This document shows, piece after piece, positions 9,418 through 19,562 of a stretch of DNA of 64,000 nucleotides. The stretch is from positions 306,511 to 370,510 of the forward strand of contig JAGVBK010000004.1 in assembly GCA_020059745.1 (NCBI GenBank). Reading direction: 5' to 3'. Source of the DNA: Candidatus Shapirobacteria bacterium. GTDB lineage: Bacteria > Patescibacteriota > Microgenomatia > UM-FILTER-40-11. The first letter of the stretch is position 1. Each line of letters begins with the position of its first letter. The notes below the pieces were generated by a model. It did not search any database and was not told where the DNA came from. It was given only the letters and a program-made list of their open reading frames with translations. The position numbers were made by a program, and so were the translations under genes.

Positions 9418-10830
9418 ATGGATAAGATAAAAACCCGTTTTGCTCCCAGTCCGACCGGTTACCTTCATATCGGCGGCTTAAGAACCGCTCTTTATTCTTT
9501 TGCTTTTGCAAAAAGCAAAGGCGGGAATTTTCTTTTAAGAATAGAAGACACCGACAGAAGCCGCTTTGTTCCTGGAGCAACAGAAAGAATTTATGAAATA
9601 TTAAAAATATTTAACCTTAACTGGGATGAGGGGCCTTTAGTGGGCGGGCCAAACGGCCCGTATGTTCAGTCGGAAAGAGCAAAAGAAGGTATTTACCAAA
9701 ATTTTGCCCAAAAACTGGTTGATGAAGGCCATGCTTATTATTGTTTTTGCCCTCCTCAGACAAAAGAGGAAATCAAAAAAGAACATGAAGGCAAAAAAAT
9801 AAGCTTAAGAGACGAAGCTTGCCGCAGCTTAAGCAAAGAAGAGATTGAAAAAAAGCTTAAACGAGGTATAAAACCGGCCATTCGGCTTAAGGTTCCTGAA
9901 AAAGAGAAAATCTCTTTCAAGGATTTTGTCTTGAGGAAAGAAGTTACCTGGGAATCGGAAAATATTGACGAGGTAATGCTTCTTAAATCTGACGGTTTTC
10001 CCACCTATCACCTGGCGGTAGTGGTTGATGATTACCTTATGGGAATAACTCACATTATAAGAGGCAGAGACTGGCTTCCCAGTACGCCTGTTCACCTTCT
10101 GCTTTTTAAATACTTAGATTTCAGCTTGCCCGAGATAGGACACTTGACTGATATCTTAGATCCTGGCGGCGGCAAGCTTTCCAAAAGAAAAGGCACAGTT
10201 TCCGTGGAAGAGTTTTTGAAAGAAGGTTACCTGCCGGAAGCGCTTTTAAACTTTATCATGTTATTAGGCTGGGCGCCTAAAGATAATCGGGAGATTTTTT
10301 CCCTTAAGGAGTTTGTGGAAAACTTTGAAAAAGGGGATTTGCAGATCTCAAATCCGGTTTTTAACCGGGTTAAGCTTGACTGGTTTAACGGCCATTACAT
10401 CAGACAAAAGGCTGATGAAGAATTGGTCTCTTTGCTTGAACCTTTTGCGCCAAAAGATGCGGAAAGAAAAACTATGCTTAAGATAACTTCTTTAATTAAA
10501 GACAGACTGGTTAAACTTTCTGATTTTAAAACCTATACCGGCTTTTTCTTTGAAACCCCGGAAGTTGATCCTTGTCTTTTTAAGGATTTGCCATATAATG
10601 AGCACCTAAGCGAGGCGGTAGCTGCTCTTAAAGAAATCGAAAATTGGAATAACGAAGAAATTCAAAAAACATTAGGAAAACTGATTGAAAAAAAAGGTTG
10701 GAAAACAGGGGACTTTTACATGAGTTTCCGCGTTGCTTTAACCGGCAGCAGGTTTACCCCTCCTGTCACCGAGTCTGCGGAGATACTCGGCAAAGAAGAA
10801 ACGCTTAAAAGACTTGAGAATCTTCTTTGA
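9418..10830 (+). CDS. gltX: Glutamate--tRNA ligase
   Basis: RFAPSPTGYLHIGG, RIEDTD, KLSKR. Confidence 0.97.
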   Translation: MDKIKTRFAPSPTGYLHIGGLRTALYSFAFAKSKGGNFLLRIEDTDRSRFVPGATERIYEILKIFNLNWDEGPLVGGPNGPYVQSERAKEGIYQNFAQKLVDEGHAYYCFCPPQTKEEIKKEHEGKKISLRDEACRSLSKEEIEKKLKRGIKPAIRLKVPEKEKISFKDFVLRKEVTWESENIDEVMLLKSDGFPTYHLAVVVDDYLMGITHIIRGRDWLPSTPVHLLLFKYLDFSLPEIGHLTDILDPGGGKLSKRKGTVSVEEFLKEGYLPEALLNFIMLLGWAPKDNREIFSLKEFVENFEKGDLQISNPVFNRVKLDWFNGHYIRQKADEELVSLLEPFAPKDAERKTMLKITSLIKDRLVKLSDFKTYTGFFFETPEVDPCLFKDLPYNEHLSEAVAALKEIENWNNEEIQKTLGKLIEKKGWKTGDFYMSFRVALTGSRFTPPVTESAEILGKEETLKRLENLL

Positions 10831-10927
10831 CATAGATCTTCAGGCTCATTTTTAAACTTATAGTCTTTTGTTATTTTAATTACTGAAAATTTAGCAGTTT
10901 TGCAATAAAGTATGGTAATCACAAAAG

Positions 10928-11563
10928 ATGGAAAAACCTGATTTTGAAACAATTTTTGAAAGCCTGACTCCTGTTAAACTTTTTAAAGGAGATAAAATCG
11001 GCAAAAACACAGAAGGTAATCTTCTTACCTACATTAAGTCAGGTTATGTTCGGCTTTACACTGTTTTGGCAAGCGGAGAAGAAGTGACTCTTCATATTTT
11101 TAAGCCGGGTCTTTTTCTGCCTATTTTGACTGATAAAATTATTCCCGGAAAGTACACCCTTGAAGCCTTAACTTCGGTAGAGGTTTATGAAATTTCTGAA
11201 GACGACCTTGCCAAGCTGGGTATTTCTAATCCTGAAGCGGTGGTACCATTGTTGAGGGTTGGTTTTGAGGGTGTTGAGGAACTTTTTGACCGTATTGAAT
11301 CGCTGGCTTCCGGCGATGCTTATACCAAAGTTGTTTCTTTTTTCTGTCTGCTTTTTAATAATGAAAACGGTTCAAAAAACTTAAAACCAGGTTTTCCTTT
11401 AACTCATCGGGTTGTGGCCAGCCTTACCGGTTTAACCCGGGAAACAGTAACCATTCAAATGCTTAAGCTTAAGAAAAAAGGTCTTATCGTTGGTAAGGGC
11501 AGGAATTTAATGATAAAAGACCTTGAGCTTTTGAGAAAAGAATGCCCTCTCTCTGAAGAATAA
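10928..11563 (+). CDS. Crp/Fnr family transcriptional regulator
   Basis: cNMP-binding-like N-domain (YIKSGYV, LEALT) and C-terminal HTH LTHRVVASLTGLTRETVT. Confidence 0.85.
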   Translation: MEKPDFETIFESLTPVKLFKGDKIGKNTEGNLLTYIKSGYVRLYTVLASGEEVTLHIFKPGLFLPILTDKIIPGKYTLEALTSVEVYEISEDDLAKLGISNPEAVVPLLRVGFEGVEELFDRIESLASGDAYTKVVSFFCLLFNNENGSKNLKPGFPLTHRVVASLTGLTRETVTIQMLKLKKKGLIVGKGRNLMIKDLELLRKECPLSEE

Positions 11564-11620
11564 AACTTCGTATCTTTAATTTAAGCCTCATTTTTGGTAA
11601 AATTAGCCATAGATTTCTTT

Positions 11621-11694
11621 TGCCCGGTCGTCTAACGGTAGGACTTCAGATTCTGGATCTGACTATTGGGGTTCGAATCCCTGCCGGGCAGCCA
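11621..11694 (+). tRNA. tRNA-Gln (anticodon CTG)
   Basis: Acceptor TGCCCGG/CCGGGCA, anticodon stem TCAGA/TCTGA with loop TTCTGGA, T-loop TTCGAAT, encoded CCA; TGgTAAAAT promoter at 11595-11603. Confidence 0.95.
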
Positions 11695-11700
11695 GTATAT

Positions 11701-11722
11701 GCACCCAAGGTGACTCGGGTGC
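11701..11722 (+). terminator. Hairpin just downstream of tRNA-Gln
   Basis: GCACCC-N10-GGGTGC inverted repeat; no clear U-tract. Confidence 0.35.
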
Positions 11723-11851
11723 CTCAAATAGCCCTTCTTATCTTTTCAAATCGCTATTTTCAGAAGCGAGGATTATAACCGTTCTTTGCCCTCAAAAATC
11801 CTCCGTTCGAATCTCTACTTTGGTGTGTTTATAGGATATAATTATCCATAT

Positions 11852-12364
11852 ATGGTTAAAAAATTCTCTGTAGGGTACGTTGTTATTATTGGAGCCCTTC
11901 TTGTTCTCGGAATTGCTGGTTTTTTCTGGCTTAACAAGCCAAATGAAGAAAATTTTAAGGCTCCGGGAAGAGATTGGAATTCACCTAAAAAGGTTGAGGA
12001 TTACTTTATTGAAAGATTAAGGATGACGCCCCAGGAAGCCTCTGAAATCAGATCAAAGCCAGGAGTTGACGGAACAGTTGATTTAAGAATAAGCACCAAT
12101 GTTACCCTGGAAGGACTTGTCGGAAATCTTTATTATTACGGTTTTGTACGAGATGAAGACACTCTCCGGTACGCTTTAGAAAATACTCAAGATACTACTC
12201 CGAGTGAAAATGCAATAAAAGCTGGCAAAAGCGGAACGATTGATACGAATGCTGAATACAGAATTTCTGAAGATATGACAACCTGGGAGATTGCAGATAT
12301 TTTATTAAATAAGCCATCCGGTCATTTTAGTTATGATGAGTACGGCTATTTCTTTATGCCTTAG
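11852..12364 (+). CDS. Membrane-anchored hypothetical protein, possible MltG/YceG N-terminal-like domain
   Basis: N-terminal TM; C-terminal EYRISEDMTTWEIADILL resembles the YceG N-domain end; TATAAT 9 nt before ATG 11852. Confidence 0.55.
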   Translation: MVKKFSVGYVVIIGALLVLGIAGFFWLNKPNEENFKAPGRDWNSPKKVEDYFIERLRMTPQEASEIRSKPGVDGTVDLRISTNVTLEGLVGNLYYYGFVRDEDTLRYALENTQDTTPSENAIKAGKSGTIDTNAEYRISEDMTTWEIADILLNKPSGHFSYDEYGYFFMP

Positions 12365-12893
12365 TCTTTTTGGAATTTTCTGGGGGTTCGTTTCCAGAAA
12401 ATCTTTTAACATAGTCGATCCATGTTTTTTTAGATGGAACTATTTCTTTGTGGAGCATGCCAATAGTTTCCATTCCGCACATAAATAGCTGCCCTAAGGC
12501 CTCATCGTAAGAGTGGTTTTTAAAATCTGAATTTAACGGTTCTTTAAAGTTTAACCAATTATGAACTACTGAATTTCTCTCTTTTCGGTATTTGTGTAGT
12601 TGTAATTTCAGGTTTTTACTAATAACTTTTGCCTTGAATAAATAATCTATAACAGATGCAAAAGATCCCTCCTTGGGGTTTTTAAGAATCTTGTTATATT
12701 TTTCTGGCTGTTTTGAAACATTGCAATAAATAAAATAGCCTAAAAAAGTTAGCCCCTCAATTAATGACACTAACTCAAAGTTAGCTCCAGTCTTTGACTC
12801 GAGAAAAAGTTTTCTAAATGTTGTAGGAGTATAGTCTCTATAAGGGACGCCTCCTTTATCATTAATTTTTATCGAAAAGTTATATTGATTCAT
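12354..12893 (-). CDS. Hypothetical protein with HEPN-like RxxxxH motif
   Basis: Helical-looking protein with RNSVVH and upstream LIEG; TATAAT shortly upstream of start. Confidence 0.55.
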   Translation of the reverse strand: MNQYNFSIKINDKGGVPYRDYTPTTFRKLFLESKTGANFELVSLIEGLTFLGYFIYCNVSKQPEKYNKILKNPKEGSFASVIDYLFKAKVISKNLKLQLHKYRKERNSVVHNWLNFKEPLNSDFKNHSYDEALGQLFMCGMETIGMLHKEIVPSKKTWIDYVKRFSGNEPPENSKKTKA

Positions 12894-13169
12894 AATATAA
12901 GGAAATTATATATCAAACGCTTTATTCGAGAGGAGCTCCGCAGACCTCTTTATTATGAATGTAAAGTTGTTTCCCGAACACTTTAGTGATTTCTCTTTTT
13001 TCTTCATCCGTGCCGTTTCTTAGAATGTGTTGGGCAAATATTAATAGCTAGAGACAAGAAGGATTTAAGGGACTGGTATTTAAGTTGAGATTTTTTTCTG
13101 AATTTCAGCGAGATTTTTAACTTCTATGTTCTTCCAATTTTGCCTCAAAAGTGCTAGGATTTAAGTCAT

Positions 13170-14873
13170 ATGGCACAAGATTATAGCAATTGGACCAAAG
13201 AGGATCTAATTGAAGAAATGAAGCGCTTAAGAAAGCGTAAAAAATACGGTTTAGTTTGGGAAGATAAGCCAGAAGATGTAGTTGAGCAATGCAAAAAAGA
13301 ACTTCCAGTTCTAGAAGAAGTTAAAGATAAAGAAATTTCCACAGATTCAGATAAACCAGTCAATTTGTTAATAGAGGGCGACAACTTCCATGCGCTTTCT
13401 GTATTGAACTACACTCACAAAAATAAAATTGATCTCATTTATATAGATCCTCCTTATAATACGGGCGCAAGAGATTGGAAGTACAACAACGACTATGTCG
13501 ACATAAACGATGTTTTTCGACACAGTAAATGGATTTCAATGATGAGCAATAGGCTCAAAATTGCAAAAAATCTACTGAAAAGAGATGGTGTTTTAATCTG
13601 CACAATTGATAAAAATGAAAATGCAACATTACTCCTATTACTTGAGGAACTTTTTCCTGCATATGACGTAACAACAGTTGTTATAGAACATAATCCAAAG
13701 GGTTTACCTAGTAGCAATTTTTCCTATTCACACGAATACGCTCACTTTGTTATTCCCAAAGGGTTGTCAGTTATTGGTAAAAACCCTGCGACGAAAGAAG
13801 ATACAAGAAATTTAAGAAGGGCGGGGCGAGCATCATATAGAACAGAACGTCCTACTATGTTTTATCCAATATATATTAAAGATGGGAAAGTGAAGCGGAT
13901 CGGCCCCATTCCTGAAGCATCATTCCATCCTGGGAAACGATCAATTTTGAAAGATAATGGAGAAATCGAGATTTGGCCGATTGATGATAGAGGAAAAGAA
14001 AGAAGATGGCATTTCGGGTTAGATTCAATTGAAGATCATATTGAGAGAATAGGAGTAAAAGAGAAAAACGGCGACTATCAACTCTATGTAACCGCTGTTC
14101 CTGCTAGATATAAGACTGTTTGGACTGGTGGAGATTTGGATGCTGGTAAATATGGCACATCACTTGTGAAAGAGATTATTGGGAAAGAATTTCCTTTCCC
14201 AAAGTCACTATATGCAACCGCAAAATGTTTAGAAACTGTTGTATACAAAAAAGAAAATGCAACAATTTTAGATTTTTTTGCAGGATCAGGAACTACTGGC
14301 CATGCAGTCATGATGATGAATCAACAGTATGGAGGGAGCAGAAATTTTATTTTATGCACAAATAATGAACTTAACGGCCAAGAAAAGGAATTAAGGGAAA
14401 AAGGATTGACTGAGCAAGAAATTCAGGAGTATGGAATTTGTCGTGCAGTTACGTACCCCAGAATAAGGAAAGTTATTGAGGGTTATAACAATACTAAGGG
14501 AATAAAAGCTAATCTTAAATATTTTATAACCTCTTTTGTTCCAGCAGATCCAACAGATAAAAATAAGATCGAATTAACCAAAAAAGCAACAGAGATGTTA
14601 TGTATTAAAGAAGATACCTTTGAGGAAGCTGAATTCAAAGAAAAGTTTAAGATATTTAGAAATAAAAACCACTATACGGGAATTATTTTCGATCATCAGG
14701 CTATAGACGACTTCAAAAGGGCCATTAAAGATATTGATGGCAGGTTTAGTGTATATGTATTCTCATTGGGTGATGATACTTTTGATGACGAGTTCGCAGA
14801 CATTAAAAATAAAGTTAAGTTATCGCCTATTCCTGAAGCAATATTGAGGGTTTATAGAAGAATATTTAAGTAA
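13170..14873 (+). CDS. mod: Type III R-M DNA methyltransferase (Mod)
   Basis: YGLVWE N-terminus, IEGDN, IYIDPPYN, FPFPK, DFFAGSGTTGHAV (beta-class order). Confidence 0.9.
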   Translation: MAQDYSNWTKEDLIEEMKRLRKRKKYGLVWEDKPEDVVEQCKKELPVLEEVKDKEISTDSDKPVNLLIEGDNFHALSVLNYTHKNKIDLIYIDPPYNTGARDWKYNNDYVDINDVFRHSKWISMMSNRLKIAKNLLKRDGVLICTIDKNENATLLLLLEELFPAYDVTTVVIEHNPKGLPSSNFSYSHEYAHFVIPKGLSVIGKNPATKEDTRNLRRAGRASYRTERPTMFYPIYIKDGKVKRIGPIPEASFHPGKRSILKDNGEIEIWPIDDRGKERRWHFGLDSIEDHIERIGVKEKNGDYQLYVTAVPARYKTVWTGGDLDAGKYGTSLVKEIIGKEFPFPKSLYATAKCLETVVYKKENATILDFFAGSGTTGHAVMMMNQQYGGSRNFILCTNNELNGQEKELREKGLTEQEIQEYGICRAVTYPRIRKVIEGYNNTKGIKANLKYFITSFVPADPTDKNKIELTKKATEMLCIKEDTFEEAEFKEKFKIFRNKNHYTGIIFDHQAIDDFKRAIKDIDGRFSVYVFSLGDDTFDDEFADIKNKVKLSPIPEAILRVYRRIFK

Positions 14874-14879
14874 ATTTTT

Positions 14880-15521
14880 ATGAAAAAGAAAAAACAAACG
14901 ATAAGCAAGGAATTGAGGATGCCTCATATATATCGAGAGGATTTGGAAAAGATAGAAAATCTTATTTTAAATGAACTAAAGCCGAGAGAGTATAAAATTG
15001 AAACCAATGAATATGAGTATGAAAAGGTAGAACAATTGCAAAAAGACTTGGGAACAGCGGTAGACTTGCATGTCCAAACTTATACTCCCTACTTGAGTAT
15101 AGATTTTAATAAAAATAGTGCCAGAGTATATTCTGGCGATGACGATTTAAAAACCATGGGAGCATTTGATCAAATATTCTCAATTCTGTCTAAGAAAGAG
15201 AGAAGGGTTTTGTATTATCTATCGAAAGTTTCCGTATGGGTTGCTCCAATATTATTTTTTGCTCCTATCCGTGCGCTTGCGGAAATTGACAAAGTCGATA
15301 ACCCGAAACTTTGGGTAGTACTCGGTGTTGTACTAGTAAGCGCACTCTGGTGGGTTATCGGTTTTTACTCATCTCTTTATAAATTCTCAATAATCGATTT
15401 CACTTATTTAAAAGAGAAGCCAAACTTTATTGTACGCAATAAGGATCAAATTATTCTCGTGGTTATTGGAGCAATAATAGGGGCTATTGCAACAATTGTT
15501 TTTAATAAGATACTTTTTTAA
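14880..15521 (+). CDS. Hypothetical membrane protein (soluble N-domain plus ~3 C-terminal TM helices) between mod and res
   Basis: 6 nt after mod and 3 nt before res; hydrophobic stretches VWVAPILFFAPI, LWVVLGVVLVSALWWVIGF, IILVVIGAIIGAIATIVF. Confidence 0.8.
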   Translation: MKKKKQTISKELRMPHIYREDLEKIENLILNELKPREYKIETNEYEYEKVEQLQKDLGTAVDLHVQTYTPYLSIDFNKNSARVYSGDDDLKTMGAFDQIFSILSKKERRVLYYLSKVSVWVAPILFFAPIRALAEIDKVDNPKLWVVLGVVLVSALWWVIGFYSSLYKFSIIDFTYLKEKPNFIVRNKDQIILVVIGAIIGAIATIVFNKILF

Positions 15522-15524
15522 GCT

Positions 15525-17750
15525 ATGCAATTAAAAGACTACCAACACACAGCTATTAAAAAACTATTAGCCAGAAGCAAAGAGCTTTTGGCCCAAAGTG
15601 GCGAGAAAAAAATCATTTTCAAAGCCCCTACAGGATCAGGCAAGACAATCATGATGGCCGAGTTTTTGAAACAGATGGTTGATGACTCTGAGATAAAAAC
15701 TCCGCTGTCTTTTATCTGGACGGCTCCCCGAAAACTACATACTCAAAGCAAGGAAAAGTTGGTTAGGTATTTTGACACTACCAGGGCTATCGAGTGTTCA
15801 GATTTTGAGGAATTAACTGATAAGCAGATCGGTGAGAATGAGATTTTATTTTTGAATTGGGAGAGTATCAACAAAAAAGACAAAAATACCATTGTCAAAG
15901 AGAATGAGAAAGAGTTTTATTTAGGCAAAATTATCGAAAACACCAAAGACGAGGACCGAGAGGTTGTGTTGGTTATTGATGAAAGTCACCATCACGCCAC
16001 TAGTGAAATATCCCACAGCCTTATAACGGATATTGGGCCGAGATTAACCATAGAAGTGTCAGCAACACCAGTTATTCAAGATCCCGATGAGATTGTATCC
16101 GTGCCACTTGAGGATGTCAAGATGGAGGGAATGATAAAGAAATCTGTCTTACTAAACCCGAATTTCAAAAATGTTCTTTCTGGCGACAATGTTACCTCTG
16201 CTCTAGCCGACGGGACCGACATGATGGTGCTTGAGGAAGCATTGAAGAAACGTACAGAATTGGTAAAAGCATATCAAGATGCGGGGATTAACGTTAACCC
16301 ATTACTGCTCATTCAACTTCCAGATAGAAAAACACAGCAAGAGGATTTAATAAAAGACGAGATCATCCGACACCTAAAAGACAAACACGGAATGACGACT
16401 GAAAACGGACGTCTGGCAATATACCTATCTGAGGAAAAAGAAAATCTTGAGAACATATCGAAAAATGATCAGGAAACCGAAGTGCTTATTTTCAAACAAG
16501 CGATTGCTCTGGGTTGGGATTGCCCTCGTGCGCAGATATTAGTGCTATTTAGGGATTGGAAGAGTTTAACATTCTCAGTGCAAACTGTTGGCCGAATTAT
16601 GCGCATGCCCGAGCCAGACATGGGTCACTATGAAAACGAAATTCTCAATTTTGGATATGTCTACACTAATTTAACCAATATCGAAATTAAAGAAGATATG
16701 GCTAGAAGCTATGTCACCATCTACACCAGCAAGAGGATTGATAGCTACAAACCATTGGAACTTACCTCTGTGTATCGTTTGCGACATCGCGAGAAAACAC
16801 GCTTAAGTCCGTTGTTTATTCGTCTATTCCTAGAGGAAGCCAAAGAGTACAAGCTAGAAGAAAAAATTGAAACCAAAGGGCAAAAACTAGAGTTGACGTT
16901 TATATCTGATTATCAGGCTGGTGGTGTGGATCAATTAATTAATGCAGAAATCCGGGGAGAAGCCAAGATTGATACGGAAAACGAAACTGATCTGCAAAAG
17001 CTGTACGATTTCTTCGTTAGAAACAACCTCACCCCTTTTTATCCAGAGGATCGTTCTATTGGTAGGGTTAAAGAGGCCATCTACTACTTTTTCAAAGAAC
17101 AGTTAAAGATGGATTACGGCAAGTATTTTGCCGAGATCATTAATATTGTTCTTAGCGAGAAAAACAGGCAACATTTCGTCAATGTCATTGATAAAACTAA
17201 AGAGCGGTATATTGCCGAAACCCAAAAGCGAGAGGCTAAACTACAACAATTATCGGATTGGGAGGTGCCACAACAGCTCAACTACGGCGGGGATTATGTT
17301 GCTCTTAAAGTCGGCCGATCGGTAATGACTCCTTTTTATTATGACAACCGCTGGAAAACAGAGGAAGCATTTATCAAGTTTTTAGAACAATCAAACCAGA
17401 TTGAATGGTGGTTTAAGAATGGAGATAGAGATTCAACATTCTTTGCCGTGCCGTATATGGAAAATGGCAATCAAAATCCTTTTTATGTTGACTTTATTGT
17501 TAAGTTTAAGAACGGCACGATAGGGTTATATGACACCAAAGGTGGCAGAACAATTAAGGATGCTAAAGAGAAAAGTGATGGGTTACAAGATTACATTGGG
17601 GCACAAAATAAAAAGGGTAAAAAAATGGTTGGCGGGATTGTGGCGAATACTAACTCAAGGGACTACTCGGGTAGATGGGTTTGTTACAAGGGCCAGAGCA
17701 GCGATCTTGTGCTAGATAATTTCTCTAACTGGGAAACGTTGGAATTATAA
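15525..17750 (+). CDS. res: Type III R-M restriction subunit (Res): SF2 helicase plus PD-(D/E)XK nuclease
   Basis: APTGSGKT, DESHH, SAT, GWDCP, QTVGRIMR; C-terminal FYVDF...YDTKG. Confidence 0.9.
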   Translation: MQLKDYQHTAIKKLLARSKELLAQSGEKKIIFKAPTGSGKTIMMAEFLKQMVDDSEIKTPLSFIWTAPRKLHTQSKEKLVRYFDTTRAIECSDFEELTDKQIGENEILFLNWESINKKDKNTIVKENEKEFYLGKIIENTKDEDREVVLVIDESHHHATSEISHSLITDIGPRLTIEVSATPVIQDPDEIVSVPLEDVKMEGMIKKSVLLNPNFKNVLSGDNVTSALADGTDMMVLEEALKKRTELVKAYQDAGINVNPLLLIQLPDRKTQQEDLIKDEIIRHLKDKHGMTTENGRLAIYLSEEKENLENISKNDQETEVLIFKQAIALGWDCPRAQILVLFRDWKSLTFSVQTVGRIMRMPEPDMGHYENEILNFGYVYTNLTNIEIKEDMARSYVTIYTSKRIDSYKPLELTSVYRLRHREKTRLSPLFIRLFLEEAKEYKLEEKIETKGQKLELTFISDYQAGGVDQLINAEIRGEAKIDTENETDLQKLYDFFVRNNLTPFYPEDRSIGRVKEAIYYFFKEQLKMDYGKYFAEIINIVLSEKNRQHFVNVIDKTKERYIAETQKREAKLQQLSDWEVPQQLNYGGDYVALKVGRSVMTPFYYDNRWKTEEAFIKFLEQSNQIEWWFKNGDRDSTFFAVPYMENGNQNPFYVDFIVKFKNGTIGLYDTKGGRTIKDAKEKSDGLQDYIGAQNKKGKKMVGGIVANTNSRDYSGRWVCYKGQSSDLVLDNFSNWETLEL

Positions 17751-17756
17751 GAATCT

Positions 17757-19559
17757 ATGAAAATCAATAAACTAATTCTGGACAATTTTAGAAATTTCCA
17801 GGATAAGATTGCTGTTGATTTTAATAGCCTTACAGTTGTTATTGGGAAAAACGATTTAGGTAAATCTACTATTCTCGAGGCATTGGATATATTTATCAAT
17901 GAAGGCTCCTCTTTAGTCAAGCTTGATAAAGATGACGCGTGTAAAAGATCTCAATCAGATGAATTTTCGATAGGCGTTGTTTTTTCAGAGTATCCTGAAA
18001 GAGTTGATATTGACGAAGGCAACCAAACTTCTTTGGAAGATGAGTATCTATTAAACCGAGACAGTTTATTGGAAATTCATAAGCATTATAAAAATGGAAA
18101 ATGTACTGGTGTTTATATTCACGCATTGCACCCTACTACTGAAGAAGCAAAAGATCTATTACTAAAAAAGCAGCAAGAGTTAAAGAAAATCGTTGAAGAT
18201 AATGGCTACGCTTGTGACAACAAAACAAAAAATGCCTCTTTACGTAAAGTCATACGAGAAGGTGTTGGAGATTTAAAGTTAGAAGAAATTGATATACCTG
18301 TTAACGAAGAAGATGCTAAAAGGATATGGGGAAAACTACAAACTTATTTGCCAGTATATGCATTGTTCCAGTCCGATAGAGCAAATAAAGATGAGGATCG
18401 AGAAGTCCAAGATCCGATGAAATTAGCGATAAAAGAAATATTACAAAAGGAAGATTTGCAGGAAAAACTAAGAGGTATAGCTAATGAAGTTGAAGAGATT
18501 TCTAAAGAGATTGCACACAAGACGCTTGAAAAATTGGCCGAAATGAACCCTGATATTGCTAGAGAGCTTAAACCAGTTATTCCTCCATGCTCTGACTTAA
18601 AATGGGATTCTGTTTTTAAGAATATTGAGATATCAAGCGATGATGGTGTGCCGCTAAATAAACGTGGAAGCGGTGTTAGAAGGTTAGTTTTGTTAAACTT
18701 TTTTAGAGCAAGAGCGGAAGAACAAAGGAATCTAGACTCAAAATCAAATGTAGTGTATGCAATCGAGGAGCCAGAAACATCACAACACCCCAACCATCAA
18801 AAGATACTTATCAAAGCACTGAAAGATTTGGCCGATCAAGAAGGAAGACAAATTTTTATAACGACACATAGTCCTTCGTTAGTTCAATTGTTACCAAAAG
18901 ATTGTGTGCGCTTGTTATGCAAGAAAGACGGAAATCTTGAAATTATTAGTGGAGACTTGGCAATTTCAGACATAATAGACGATTTGGGTGTTCTTCCAAT
19001 AATCGGTAAGGTTGCAGTCTTTGTTGAAGGAGAAACTGACAGAGAGTTTCTGCTAAATATCGGTGCAATAAACGAGTTAAAACAAATTATTGATATTAGT
19101 AAGATCTCAATAATACCGCTTGGTGGAAGCACGCTTGAAAGATGGATAAATAGAAACTATTTAGACGGATCAAATATTGTTGAATTTCATCTATATGACA
19201 AAGACAGTGATGAAAAGTACAAAGAAGCAGTAAGCAAGATCAACGAAAGAGCCGACAACTCAAAAGGGCAGTTAACGAAATCGCTAGAAATTGAAAATTA
19301 TATTCATCCCTCGCTCGTTGAAGGATGTGATAGGCTTTCTAGTATTTCATGCACTTCGATAAAAAGCCAGTGGAAGAATAAAGACATACCTCAATTTGTC
19401 TCGCAAAAAACTGGGATTGACGAATTGGTAGTAAAAGAAATTCTTTGTTGCTCTCTATCAAAGAAGATGAATAAGCAATTGATGGAGGAGATTAACATTT
19501 GGGATGAGGTTGAAGGTTGGTTTGAAAGTGTTAAGAGTATGACTGAGCAAACAAGATAA
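17757..19559 (+). CDS. OLD-family ATP-dependent endonuclease (ABC ATPase plus TOPRIM)
   Basis: GKNDLGKST, RGSGVRR, IEEPETSQHP, TTHSP, VFVEGETD, DKD, EIENY. Confidence 0.88.
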   Translation: MKINKLILDNFRNFQDKIAVDFNSLTVVIGKNDLGKSTILEALDIFINEGSSLVKLDKDDACKRSQSDEFSIGVVFSEYPERVDIDEGNQTSLEDEYLLNRDSLLEIHKHYKNGKCTGVYIHALHPTTEEAKDLLLKKQQELKKIVEDNGYACDNKTKNASLRKVIREGVGDLKLEEIDIPVNEEDAKRIWGKLQTYLPVYALFQSDRANKDEDREVQDPMKLAIKEILQKEDLQEKLRGIANEVEEISKEIAHKTLEKLAEMNPDIARELKPVIPPCSDLKWDSVFKNIEISSDDGVPLNKRGSGVRRLVLLNFFRARAEEQRNLDSKSNVVYAIEEPETSQHPNHQKILIKALKDLADQEGRQIFITTHSPSLVQLLPKDCVRLLCKKDGNLEIISGDLAISDIIDDLGVLPIIGKVAVFVEGETDREFLLNIGAINELKQIIDISKISIIPLGGSTLERWINRNYLDGSNIVEFHLYDKDSDEKYKEAVSKINERADNSKGQLTKSLEIENYIHPSLVEGCDRLSSISCTSIKSQWKNKDIPQFVSQKTGIDELVVKEILCCSLSKKMNKQLMEEINIWDEVEGWFESVKSMTEQTR

Positions 19560-19562
19560 CTT

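Noticed and set aside
12894-13169. 276-bp gap upstream of mod as a pseudogene or ncRNA
   Set aside because: No convincing ORF remnant or stable structure seen beyond the two divergent -10 boxes
13170-14873. Phase-variable mod (phasevarion)
   Set aside because: No simple-sequence repeat tract seen in mod and the frame is intact
17757-19559. Gabija or retron system call for the OLD nuclease
   Set aside because: No UvrD-like GajB and no reverse transcriptase nearby
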